From Candidatus Latescibacterota bacterium (GTDB lineage Bacteria; Latescibacterota; UBA2968; UBA8231): 64,000 nt of DNA. This document shows positions 28,582 to 37,943 of this stretch, piece by piece (position 1 is the stretch's first letter; the number at the start of each line of letters is the position of its first letter). The notes under the pieces are model-generated. The model saw nothing but the letters and a program-made list of their open reading frames with translations, was not told where the DNA came from and ran no database searches. The position numbers were made by a program, and so were the translations under genes. The stretch is taken from the NCBI GenBank assembly GCA_965200315.1, contig OZ241362.1, positions 1,952,001 through 2,016,000 of the forward strand, in the 5' to 3' direction.

Positions 28582-29817
28582 TCACCAACTCGATGCGTCT
28601 CCGTGCAGTCGGTCGGGCAATCGGTAACTGATCTCCTCTCCATCAAGTATAGTTATGTCGAGCAGGGTCATGAAGTTTTGGGTACGCCGCTTAGGGACCG
28701 GAAGGGCCTCAAGGACCTCTTGGATTCTGCGCTTCATCCGCAAAAATGCCAGCGTTCCGCTCGTCCGACCTTTTGGGAACATGAGTTGGTCGGCGAGCTC
28801 GTCTCCGATCAACGCTCGCGAAAGGCGGTATCCAAAGCTGGTCAGGGACTTGCGCTTGCCCCGGTCGTCAATGCCGATCACTAAGGGGGCCGAGTTAATC
28901 ACCGAGTTGGCCATGGCTATGGCTTCCACACCGAGGGGCGGCTCGCAGATATAGCCCACGCGGAATAGCTCACAGGCTTCGGTCTCGTTGCGGAATAGCA
29001 GCGCGTCGGGCACCCCCATCAAATGAGCGGTGTAGCGCCAGATTTGCATGAAACTGGCGCGATCTTCATCGTTTAGACGCGCTCCTATCCTCGCGGCTGA
29101 CCGCAGCAGCATCGCGGAAAAGTTGCAGGACGCAAGTGCGATATGGGCCGCACTAAGCGGCACTCCGTGGGCTTTTTGGTCCCACTCTTCAGTCAAGAGA
29201 AGCTGTCGCCTGATCCGCGCATGTATCAGCCGGAGGCGGACGGATAGTTTCCAGCCCTCGCCCTGCCGCTTCAAGCCACCCGGCAACGTAATATCTAAGA
29301 GGTGCCGGATATTCTGCCTCAGCCGCCGCACACCCCGATCGGTCAGCCTCCCGGTGATGAAGAACGATTGGCTGATTAGCGTCGAGAACCCCCGGACGAT
29401 AACATCGGTGACAAACGCTGTGAGAAACAGGTCCGAATAGGCATGGAAGGCGTGGCATCCGGGATATACTGACTGCGGGTCGAACCACTCAGGCGGCGTC
29501 TCAATCCGCTCAAAGAACTCCCTCACCACCTGCGGCGCAGTACGCAGTGCCTCTTCGTCCTGCTCCATCCCTGCCCTGATGAACTCGCCCTGTTGCTCTT
29601 GATCGAAGGAAAATAGTTCATTGGCCAAGGCATCGGCTTCAGGATCGCCGAGGAGCGTGTGCTCGACAAACCTAGTAGCAAGCTCAGGGTCGGATGTGCG
29701 GGCCTTTTCGTACCCGGGCTGATATGCAACTGGTATATTATTGATAATTAGGCTAAATCCTCGTTTGTACAGCCATCCTGAATGACTTGTAATCATGACA
29801 AAGCCGGCAAGCACCAT
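28582..29817 (-). CDS. DUF2236 / MpaB-Lcp-like heme oxygenase
   Basis: GDPEADAL, TPPEWFD, TGRL...RRL, VRLRLIHARIR, G-VPLS, WRYTAHLMGV. Start uncertain. Confidence 0.85.
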   Translation of the reverse strand: MVLAGFVMITSHSGWLYKRGFSLIINNIPVAYQPGYEKARTSDPELATRFVEHTLLGDPEADALANELFSFDQEQQGEFIRAGMEQDEEALRTAPQVVREFFERIETPPEWFDPQSVYPGCHAFHAYSDLFLTAFVTDVIVRGFSTLISQSFFITGRLTDRGVRRLRQNIRHLLDITLPGGLKRQGEGWKLSVRLRLIHARIRRQLLLTEEWDQKAHGVPLSAAHIALASCNFSAMLLRSAARIGARLNDEDRASFMQIWRYTAHLMGVPDALLFRNETEACELFRVGYICEPPLGVEAIAMANSVINSAPLVIGIDDRGKRKSLTSFGYRLSRALIGDELADQLMFPKGRTSGTLAFLRMKRRIQEVLEALPVPKRRTQNFMTLLDITILDGEEISYRLPDRLHGDASSW

Positions 29818-29878
29818 TTTCTGCCATGCTTAACGTCAACGTCAGTTTAATCAATATATACTATGGCAATAATGCACT

Positions 29879-31189
29879 CTACTCCCGCACGAACTTCGGC
29901 CGGCCGCAGCCATCGTTGACTACGTGGCTGCGCACTGGAATCTCCGCTTGGTCGGGAATGACTAATTCGAGCGGCGAGTCATTTTCAATGACAGTGCCAG
30001 CCCCCACGCGCACCCCAGCCCCCAATTTAATCGCTCCGGGCCGCACAGTCCTCGCGATGATCGTGCCGATAGATACCGACACGCCAATCCGGCAATCTGG
30101 GCCAATCTCGACGATGCCATTGATTTCGGTGTTGGCTCCAATCGCCGTGCGGTCGCCCACCTGCACGGGACCAAAAATCCCGGCGTCCGTGCCGATAAAC
30201 ACGTAGTCGCCAATGATGGGATGGCGCTGCTGCACCTTGCCGCTGAGGCCGCCCAAAGTACACGGGTAGAGGTGGCACCCGCTGCCGATGATACCCGTTT
30301 GTCCGGTAGTTGTGCCGCGATGGGGATGGTCGAGGAAGTTGGCATCGCCGATCTGCGTTTCGGGGTGGATATCCGCCTGGTAGTAGCGCCCTCCCAACTC
30401 GGAAATGGCCCGCGGCAGCAAGGGCACCGGCCGCCGCGGCAGCCCGGGTTCGCCCGCCACCTCACCACAGCGCGTTAGGGCGTGGGCAATATCGTGGTAG
30501 AACAGCACCCGCCACCCCGGATAGGTGCTCATCACGAGCTGCATCTGATAGTCGAAAATGAAGTCGCACTCCAGCGCGTTGAGAAAGCGGCGATAGTGGT
30601 CGAAGTCTCGGCGGCGAATAGTCTCTTCTAAGGCGGCCCGGAAGTCGGTCTTGAGTAGCTGCTCCTGAGTCAATCCGCAATTGTCGAGCAAATAGGCGTC
30701 CCAAACGGCCGGATCCCTAAGCGCGGCAAAGCGGTTCCAGTGAGCACGCACCTTGTAGGAGGGCAACTCCCACAGCAAGCAGATGGTGTTCATCAGGGCC
30801 TTCTCTTCAGCCCCCTCACTCTCACCAGCCGCCAACAGCGACTGCGCGATCATCGCGTAGAGCTGGTCGGCAATTTCGCCGATGGCCTCGTCGAGCGACG
30901 GCTTTTGGTGCCCTGGCCCCAAGGCATTGTGCGAGCCCGGGGCGACGCATTCGAGCAAGTTGCCCAAAACCGTTTCCAGCAGGTCGCGATTGACAAACCC
31001 GCGCCCGGAGCGCTGCGAGAGAATGTCGCGGTCGACCGAGTCAATGCGGAGCGCGGCGACCTCCTCTGCTGTGTAGAGCGGCACCAGCCTCCCTAGCAGC
31101 CTCTCTAGCAACGCCCACTTGCGGCGCTGATACGAAGTGTCAAAAAGCGTGGAATTGTTCATCGGTTGCTCCCCATTCTGCCTCCGCAT
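29879..31189 (-). CDS. Serine O-acetyltransferase-like left-handed beta-helix protein with a long N-terminal extension
   Basis: DIHPETQIG...LDH...TLGG...RHPIIGDYVFIG...GPVQVGD...IGAN hexapeptide repeats. Confidence 0.75.
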   Translation of the reverse strand: MRRQNGEQPMNNSTLFDTSYQRRKWALLERLLGRLVPLYTAEEVAALRIDSVDRDILSQRSGRGFVNRDLLETVLGNLLECVAPGSHNALGPGHQKPSLDEAIGEIADQLYAMIAQSLLAAGESEGAEEKALMNTICLLWELPSYKVRAHWNRFAALRDPAVWDAYLLDNCGLTQEQLLKTDFRAALEETIRRRDFDHYRRFLNALECDFIFDYQMQLVMSTYPGWRVLFYHDIAHALTRCGEVAGEPGLPRRPVPLLPRAISELGGRYYQADIHPETQIGDANFLDHPHRGTTTGQTGIIGSGCHLYPCTLGGLSGKVQQRHPIIGDYVFIGTDAGIFGPVQVGDRTAIGANTEINGIVEIGPDCRIGVSVSIGTIIARTVRPGAIKLGAGVRVGAGTVIENDSPLELVIPDQAEIPVRSHVVNDGCGRPKFVRE

Positions 31190-31257
31190 AACTTTTAACG
31201 AAACTTACAGAACGTACGCCGGGTTGCAACCCGGCTTCACTCTTGCCGGGAGAAATC

Positions 31258-32043
31258 ATGCACCCATTTGAATCGCTGGCAGTACGCGGAGGCGCGGTTG
31301 GCATCCACTGGTTTGGCCAGAGCACATTTGGCCTCAAGGACGCGCAGGGAACCATCGTCCAAGTCGATCCCTACTACCCTCACGAACGACCATCTGACCG
31401 CTTCATCCACGCCCGCCCCCCGCTGCACGAAGCGTCGCTGCACACGGATTTTGTGCTCCTGACCCACGACCACGGCGACCACACTTGCACCGAGTCCATT
31501 GCACGCATTGCCGCGGCCTATCCAGCCGTGCAGATCGTCGGCCCGGCCGAGAGCATCCAGCGCGTCCGCGACGCGGGCATTGCGGCCGCAGCAACAACGG
31601 TCGCCGCTGGTGACGCAGCCAAACTGGGCACCATGACGGCCCACGCCGTGTACGCCAAGCCCCCGCAGGGCCTGCCCAGCGACGACATCGCCCCGCCCGA
31701 CGTGACTCACCTCGGCTACGTGGTGGAAGCCAGCGGCGTACGCGTGTACATCTCTGGCGACCCGGTCAACACGTTTGCCGAGCACGAATCATTGCTCGCG
31801 CCCATCCGCGACCTCGCGCCCGACATCGGGCTGTTGACCAATCACCCCAGCGAAGGGGAATTTCCCTTCTTTGCCGGCTCGGCCAAGATGGCCTCGGCAC
31901 TCGGCCTCAAGGCTGCCGTACCGGCCCATTACGCCTGCTTTGTCACCCGAAATTACGATCCCCAAGAATGGGCGGCTGGGTTACAGGGCGTCGAGCCGCT
32001 AATCATCCCGTATAACCAATCCGCAGTCTATGCGGCCTGCTAG
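31258..32043 (+). CDS. MBL-fold metallo-hydrolase (UlaG-like)
   Basis: WFGQS, VDPY, THDHGDH, SGD, PAHY. Confidence 0.88.
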   Translation: MHPFESLAVRGGAVGIHWFGQSTFGLKDAQGTIVQVDPYYPHERPSDRFIHARPPLHEASLHTDFVLLTHDHGDHTCTESIARIAAAYPAVQIVGPAESIQRVRDAGIAAAATTVAAGDAAKLGTMTAHAVYAKPPQGLPSDDIAPPDVTHLGYVVEASGVRVYISGDPVNTFAEHESLLAPIRDLAPDIGLLTNHPSEGEFPFFAGSAKMASALGLKAAVPAHYACFVTRNYDPQEWAAGLQGVEPLIIPYNQSAVYAAC

Positions 32044-32157
32044 CACACCGGGGCTGGGTGGATTGATTTTCTCACCCTCGTTTATTATTATGGCATGGCC
32101 TATCCATCAACACGCCAGAGATTTCTGGCATTCACTCCAAACACAAGGAGTACGAAC

Positions 32158-33105
32158 ATGCGGCGATTCACAATCGCAGGCGTTTTTAGCCTCGCCCTCG
32201 TAGGGGTGGCAAACGCCCAGTTTTTCGATCCACCCGCTCTCGCGGATCGCAATGGGAGTCAGGGTTTTTGGTTTTACATGCTCGAAGTCCCCGATCCCGG
32301 TGCTATCACCATCGACGCCCATGGCGACGACTGGGGTTGGTTTGACCCTGAGTACACCTTGACCATGGACGAGTGGCGCGACGAAGGCGACCGCCCGGCT
32401 CCAGACCGCGACGACCTGTTCATCACCACCTTCATGGGTTGGAAGGGCGGCGACGACAACCGTTGGTACTGCTTCTTGGAAGCGGTTGACGATGTGCTGG
32501 CGCACGCCGGCACGAATGTCGCCCGCTGGGACGGCGACATGCTACAGGTCGGCCTCGATCCGCAGGATCACGGGCGCGAGCGCAGCCCGGCCTCCGGCTA
32601 CACCATGGAGTGGCTCATGGCACCGGGCGACCTCAGCCCGCCGACCAACGTCGCTTTCCGCTACACCGAGCAAGAAGCGTGGGCCGAGTACGGGGAATCG
32701 CCGTGGATCGAAATGGCCGTGCGCGTCGATCCACCCGAAGCCTGGGCCGCCGACCTGTGGGCCGAGGGCGGCACCACTTACTACGAGTGGAGCGTCAAAG
32801 TCCTCGCCTTCCAAGACGACGCCGGCCCGTCGGCGAGCGAAGTGTGGCAGCTAGACTCAGTGGCCGGTGAAGACGGCGCGGGCATGCCCTTTGCCATGTG
32901 GTACGAAGACGGCGAAGGCCCGGATTCGAGCTTCTCTCCCAGCGAAGACGGCACCCCGGGCGGCCGCAACGACTGGACCACCCGCGGCCCCGAAGCCTCG
33001 TCTCGGCAGTACTACTCCATTGCCAAGCTGCTGAGAGTCGGCGAGTACTCCAGCCCCACCGCAGTCGAGTCATCGACCTGGGGTAAGATCAAGGACTCTT
33101 TCTAA
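32158..33105 (+). CDS. Secreted acidic DOMON/CBM9-like protein with a C-terminal TAVESSTWGKIK motif
   Basis: RBS AAGGAG, signal peptide ending VANA, ITIDAHGDDW, terminal PTAVESSTWGKIKDSF. Confidence 0.75.
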   Translation: MRRFTIAGVFSLALVGVANAQFFDPPALADRNGSQGFWFYMLEVPDPGAITIDAHGDDWGWFDPEYTLTMDEWRDEGDRPAPDRDDLFITTFMGWKGGDDNRWYCFLEAVDDVLAHAGTNVARWDGDMLQVGLDPQDHGRERSPASGYTMEWLMAPGDLSPPTNVAFRYTEQEAWAEYGESPWIEMAVRVDPPEAWAADLWAEGGTTYYEWSVKVLAFQDDAGPSASEVWQLDSVAGEDGAGMPFAMWYEDGEGPDSSFSPSEDGTPGGRNDWTTRGPEASSRQYYSIAKLLRVGEYSSPTAVESSTWGKIKDSF

Positions 33106-33111
33106 GCGCAA

Positions 33112-33161
33112 GGCGACCGGTCGGTCGTTAATCGTAGGGGCGACCGGTCGGTCGCCCCTAC
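33112..33161. repeat. GTAG-type REP palindrome with a partial upstream copy; may also act as a terminator or mRNA stabiliser
   Basis: GTAGGGGCGACCGGTCGGTCGCCCCTAC at 33134-33161 followed by ATTATTTTT; partial GGCGACCGGTCGGTCG at 33112. Confidence 0.75.
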
Positions 33162-33183
33162 ATTATTTTTAGGGGATTGCACC

Positions 33184-33897
33184 GTGTACAAACGGCTATG
33201 GGCTTGGCCTTTTCTGCTGACCCTGCTGGTGGTGGCTTGCGGCCGCTACTTTCACACGCCGCTCCAGCCCGCCAGCCACCAAGCCGAGGGCATGACCATC
33301 AACGACGACAGCTCCATCACCTACGCCCTCGACCGCCTGTCGATTGAGCTCAAGCCCATGACGGACGCGGAATTAAACCGCCTCGCCCCCGGGCCAGACC
33401 TGTCCAACAACCCCTATACCTTTGGCGAGTGGACGGCCCCGGGCGACGAGTGGACGCCGCCGCGCTTCACAGTCTTTCGGCTCAAGGTCAACAACTATCA
33501 GTTTCCCAAGGTCAAGATCGACCCGCTCAACGCGCACATTACCGCGGCCAACACCCGGCAGTACTCGGCGCTGAGCTACTCCCAATTATACCAGTACTTT
33601 CGCTCGTTTTGGCTGGGACGCACCGGCCAAGGGCGCAAGACCTTTCAAGCCCGCACGGACGCGCTCAAGCGGACTCTGTACAGCGGAGCCTTGGTCTTCA
33701 GCGGCAACGAAGAACAGGGGTATTTGGTCTTTCCCGTCCTCGACGACGATGTCCGAGCAATCCAAGTACACATCGAGAACATCGTCTTGCGCTTCGACTA
33801 CGCCGACGACCCCCTAGAGGCGATTGACCTGAGCTTCTCCTTCCAGCGCAACACCCTGCAAGGGTATGATCCTTCGGCCGCGGCGCGGATCAACTGA
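33184..33897 (+). CDS. Hypothetical lipoprotein
   Basis: Lipobox-like LVVAC after a hydrophobic stretch; the stop overlaps the next ATG. Confidence 0.75.
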   Translation: MYKRLWAWPFLLTLLVVACGRYFHTPLQPASHQAEGMTINDDSSITYALDRLSIELKPMTDAELNRLAPGPDLSNNPYTFGEWTAPGDEWTPPRFTVFRLKVNNYQFPKVKIDPLNAHITAANTRQYSALSYSQLYQYFRSFWLGRTGQGRKTFQARTDALKRTLYSGALVFSGNEEQGYLVFPVLDDDVRAIQVHIENIVLRFDYADDPLEAIDLSFSFQRNTLQGYDPSAAARIN

Positions 33898-35885
33898 TGA
33901 CCGCTCCCGCGTCCAGAGCGCTCGTCGGCACTGTCCTAGCGGTGCTTGGGGGGCTAGCACCAAGCGATGCGCAAATCGAGATGTGGCATATCGGCAAGGG
34001 GGGGCTTACGTGGGTCTCACAGGCCGAGACCCAGATTGGCGCGCTGGACGTCGACGGTGCCCTACAGCCTCTACAGCTCCAAGCCGGCGAAAACCTCATC
34101 GAATTGCTCCGCGCTTCGGGCCAACGCTTTCTCAACGGCCAACCCCGCGACTTCACCCTCGGCGGCCAGCCGCGAGCGTGGTCCAACGACGGCTTCTTCA
34201 ACCAAATCTCCGGCCCCCTCGACCTGATTGACGGCGATCCGGCGACCTCCTCGTCGGGCGTGTTCAAGACCGCCCAGAGCCAAGCCGGGGCGACGTTCTT
34301 TTGGGATTTGGGTGCGCCCTTCCCAGTCAACCGCATTCGCTTCTTTCCCGCGCCCGACGATGACGCCTTTGTCAAAGCCTTTGAACTGCGGGTCAACGAC
34401 GGCGAAAACTTCAACGACATCAACAGGCCGCAATACGAGGTTTTGCGGCGGGTAGAAGTCAACCGCGAATCCACCGTCGATATCGAATTTGCTCCCTTGC
34501 AGGGCCGCTTCCTCCAGCTACTCGTACTGTCTAAAACAGTGTTCAACATCGCGGAGTTTGAAATCTACGGGCAGGGCTTTGTCCCGGTCGCCAGCTACGG
34601 GTCGGCTCTGCACTCCTTTGGCGGCCCGGTCAACTACGGCCGCCTGCGCGTCCACGCGACAAAACTCGGAACGACCGGAGACGCGGCCGCGGCCATCCAG
34701 ATGCGGACCGGGGCCGACGACGGCCCACTGGCGTACTTTCGCCGCGACCGCGACACGGGTCGCCAGCAGGAAGTGCCCGCGGCCGAATACAACACCGACC
34801 TCCCGCGCCGCGCCCTGTACCGCCAAGACCCAGACACCGGCGAGCTGTTAGAGGAACTAGACCGGGCCGAATACCTCACTCTGCCGATCGAAGAGCAAGG
34901 GCCGGTGCGCGATTTCGTCAAGGGCGACATCCGCGACGACGTCAACAACTGGAGCGCGTGGTCGCCGAGCACACACATCACCGGCACCGGCACAATCGAA
35001 GTGCCCATAGAGCTGCCCAGCCCAAGGGAATTCATGCAGTTCCGCATCTTCTTCGATGGCGACGCTGAAAACGCCGTGCGCATCGACACCTTGCAGGTGG
35101 AGTTTTCGCCCGGGCTGGTCAGCGAGGCCGTCGGCGAGGTGGCTCTCGCCACCGATCCCTTTCCCGCCAGCGGCCTGCTCGAAGTCACAGGGGGCATTGA
35201 CACGACCTTTACCTACGACATCCGCACCGAGTTCGCAGATGACGTGGCCGGATATCACGGCGTCCGCATCGAGGCGTTCCCACCGCCGGTATTCGAGAGC
35301 CTGCAAATGGGCGATCCCCTCTCAGCCGTAGCAGACTTTGAATGGGCGGCGACCAAGAGCGGCTTCGACATTTTCTTTGCGCCCGTCGCCGACGACAACA
35401 ACCAACCCCTGAGGATCACCTTCCGCCTGCGACCGCTGGTCCACAACACCCCGATTAACGCCTATCTCCTCGGCGCGGGAAGTGTCCCACCCCATCCCAT
35501 CGCCCCGGGCAATGCCAGCGAATTGGTGGGCACCAACGCGACCAACGCCTTTGCAACTCAGGCGCAGCCTGAGCTCCAACTAGCGCTTTCAACGGCCATT
35601 ATCTCGCCCAACGGCGACGGCCGCAACGATGCTGTCGCCATGGACCTCGTGTTGTCCCAGTTCGCTGCGGATACAGCAGTGGCGGTCGAGATTTTCGATT
35701 TGAGCGGACGCCGGGTGCGCCAGCTCGTCTCCGAGCTGCGGCCAGCCGGCTTTTATTCCGAAACTTGGGACGGCCGCGACGAACAGGGCCGTTTGGTGCC
35801 GCCGGGCCTGTACCTCTGCCGAGTCGGCGTGGAGGCCGACTTCGACGTGTTTGCCGGCGTAGAGCCAATAGGGGTGGCCTATTGA
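33897..35885 (+). CDS. Secreted discoidin-like / FlgD Ig-like domain protein (paralogue 1)
   Basis: Signal peptide, IDGDPATS...WDLGAPFPVNRIRFFP, WSAWS, SPNGDGRND...WDGRDEQGRLVPPGLY...GVAY*. Confidence 0.82.
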   Translation: MTAPASRALVGTVLAVLGGLAPSDAQIEMWHIGKGGLTWVSQAETQIGALDVDGALQPLQLQAGENLIELLRASGQRFLNGQPRDFTLGGQPRAWSNDGFFNQISGPLDLIDGDPATSSSGVFKTAQSQAGATFFWDLGAPFPVNRIRFFPAPDDDAFVKAFELRVNDGENFNDINRPQYEVLRRVEVNRESTVDIEFAPLQGRFLQLLVLSKTVFNIAEFEIYGQGFVPVASYGSALHSFGGPVNYGRLRVHATKLGTTGDAAAAIQMRTGADDGPLAYFRRDRDTGRQQEVPAAEYNTDLPRRALYRQDPDTGELLEELDRAEYLTLPIEEQGPVRDFVKGDIRDDVNNWSAWSPSTHITGTGTIEVPIELPSPREFMQFRIFFDGDAENAVRIDTLQVEFSPGLVSEAVGEVALATDPFPASGLLEVTGGIDTTFTYDIRTEFADDVAGYHGVRIEAFPPPVFESLQMGDPLSAVADFEWAATKSGFDIFFAPVADDNNQPLRITFRLRPLVHNTPINAYLLGAGSVPPHPIAPGNASELVGTNATNAFATQAQPELQLALSTAIISPNGDGRNDAVAMDLVLSQFAADTAVAVEIFDLSGRRVRQLVSELRPAGFYSETWDGRDEQGRLVPPGLYLCRVGVEADFDVFAGVEPIGVAY

Positions 35886-35899
35886 CTGCTCAGAGCAAC

Positions 35900-37933
35900 A
35901 TGCGGTGGCTAGTGCTGCTCCTCACCCTCAGCGGCCAAGCGGCGGCGCAGACGCCCTCGGCTTGGGTCGTAGGAGGCACGAGCGGCGAACCTTGGGCCGA
36001 CTCCGTAGAGCGCTGGATTGCCCTCGACGACTCGGTGCGCTCCGGGGCGATTCAGCCGCGGGCGATTCCCCGCTACCACACGGTTACTCGCCAACTCGTG
36101 CGCACCGGCATTGCCACGACCCAGCGCAACCTCTTTGGCTATCGCTGGAGCTTGCACAAGGGGCCGCGCCAGATCGAGGCCGACACCTTAGAGATTGGGT
36201 GGCACCCGCGCCTGTGGCTGGGGGGCGGCACCAACGCCCTCGCCCCGGAGGTCATGCGCGGGCTAGTCGATGGCGACGCGCTAACCGCGAGCTTTACCCA
36301 CAGGGCGCGGGCCGATGGCCGCCCCAACAGCGCACAGTTCATCACGCTCGACCTCGGCGTGCCCGTGCCCGTTGACAGCATCGTGTTTTTTCCGCCGCAG
36401 ACCGGGCTGACCAGCGACAACCAGCGGCAACGCGAGTTGTTCGCCCGCGCCTATGAAGTCAGCCGGACCAACTTGCCGGTCGAATGGCTGATCTTTGAAG
36501 ACGAAACCACGTCAACCGGATCGTCGGGGTACCACCCCCTCGACGAGATTCTCGCCAGCACCTTTGCCAACAACACCAGCGTCGTTTCCCTCGCAACCGA
36601 CCTACGCTTTACCCGCTTTCTCCGCTTCAAGTTCGGCGAGGTCTCTACCACGACCTTGCTGGCCGAAATCGAAATTTTTGGTCGCGGCTACCCCCAAGAG
36701 GCCCGCTACATCTCCGCGCCCCATTCTTTCGGCCAAGCCGTGAGCTTGGGGCGGGTCACGTGGAAATTCACCCGCTATCGCCTATTGCCTTCTGGCGCGA
36801 TCACAGCCGACCCCGGCGCACCGGTACAACTAAACTTGCAGACCCGCGCTGGCTTCGACGACAATCCCAAGACGTACTTCATCTTCGACGACCTTGGCCG
36901 GCTGGTGGAAGTCGATGAGAAAACGTATTTCGACTCGCCGCGAGTGGTAGAGCGGTTCTCCGAGGGCATCGCCGGCTTCCGCGCCAAGCGCGACGACGAC
37001 ATAGAAAACTGGAACAACTGGTCGGTCAATTACCAAGCGTCGGGCGACGAGATCCGCTCCTCTGACGGAGCCGAGTTCCTCCAGTTTCGCTTTACCATCA
37101 CCACCGAAGACCCGCTCGCCTTTGGCGTACTCGACAGCTTGGCCTTTGAGATTTCGCCGCTGTTGGCCGACCGCGCACTGGCGGAAATTGCTCTCGACGG
37201 GCGCAGCGGTACAGACGGGGCCGTCGAGGTGCCCCTCGGAGTCGCCCAGCACTTTGCCTATCACATTCGCACGGAGGCCGGCAACCGCGCCGGATTCGAC
37301 GGCATCGAGTTGGAGGTTCCCCCGGGCACCCGCTTTCTCGACCTGACCATCGACGACCAGCCGGCAGCCGAGGGGGCGGATTTTTCCCTCGCCGCCAGCG
37401 ACGGACGGTTGCGCTTCACCTTTCCTGCGGCATTCCAAGAAGACAAGGCGTTTCGCGTGCGCTTTCGAAGCGCGGTCTTCCAACCATCGGTCTTTTTGGC
37501 CAGCCGCCTTTTTAACACCTCGGCCGCTAGCTTGCCGCAGTCCATCGAAGCCGGAGACGCCCACGCCGACGTAGCCAGCAACAGCATCCAAGTCGTATCC
37601 AGCGACGCGGCCTTGAGCATTCTCGGAGCGGTTGGGCTGTCTGCGCCCGCCATCACGCCCAACGGCGATGGGACCAACGAGCAGGTCGCCATTGGATTCG
37701 ACTTGTTCGGCGTCGCTGGCGGTGCGTTGCGAGTGGAGGCGCGCGACTTGAGCGGCCGGCACTGCGCCGCGATCTTGGACGCACCGGCCGCAGCCGGGCC
37801 GTACGCGCTGCGCTGGAATGCGCGGGACGAGCGCGGCAAACTCGTGCCCCCAGGGCTGTACCTAATCCGCGTCGAAGTCGAGGTCGATCGCGGCACGTTC
37901 GCCCGCGTGGCAGCGGTCGGAGTCGCGTACTAA
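35900..37933 (+). CDS. Secreted discoidin-like / FlgD Ig-like domain protein (paralogue 2)
   Basis: ATG 35900 with a signal peptide; LDLGVPVPVDSIVFFP, WNNWS, TPNGDGTNE...VPPGLY...GVAY*. Confidence 0.82.
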   Translation: MRWLVLLLTLSGQAAAQTPSAWVVGGTSGEPWADSVERWIALDDSVRSGAIQPRAIPRYHTVTRQLVRTGIATTQRNLFGYRWSLHKGPRQIEADTLEIGWHPRLWLGGGTNALAPEVMRGLVDGDALTASFTHRARADGRPNSAQFITLDLGVPVPVDSIVFFPPQTGLTSDNQRQRELFARAYEVSRTNLPVEWLIFEDETTSTGSSGYHPLDEILASTFANNTSVVSLATDLRFTRFLRFKFGEVSTTTLLAEIEIFGRGYPQEARYISAPHSFGQAVSLGRVTWKFTRYRLLPSGAITADPGAPVQLNLQTRAGFDDNPKTYFIFDDLGRLVEVDEKTYFDSPRVVERFSEGIAGFRAKRDDDIENWNNWSVNYQASGDEIRSSDGAEFLQFRFTITTEDPLAFGVLDSLAFEISPLLADRALAEIALDGRSGTDGAVEVPLGVAQHFAYHIRTEAGNRAGFDGIELEVPPGTRFLDLTIDDQPAAEGADFSLAASDGRLRFTFPAAFQEDKAFRVRFRSAVFQPSVFLASRLFNTSAASLPQSIEAGDAHADVASNSIQVVSSDAALSILGAVGLSAPAITPNGDGTNEQVAIGFDLFGVAGGALRVEARDLSGRHCAAILDAPAAAGPYALRWNARDERGKLVPPGLYLIRVEVEVDRGTFARVAAVGVAY

Positions 37934-37943
37934 TGGAGGCACC

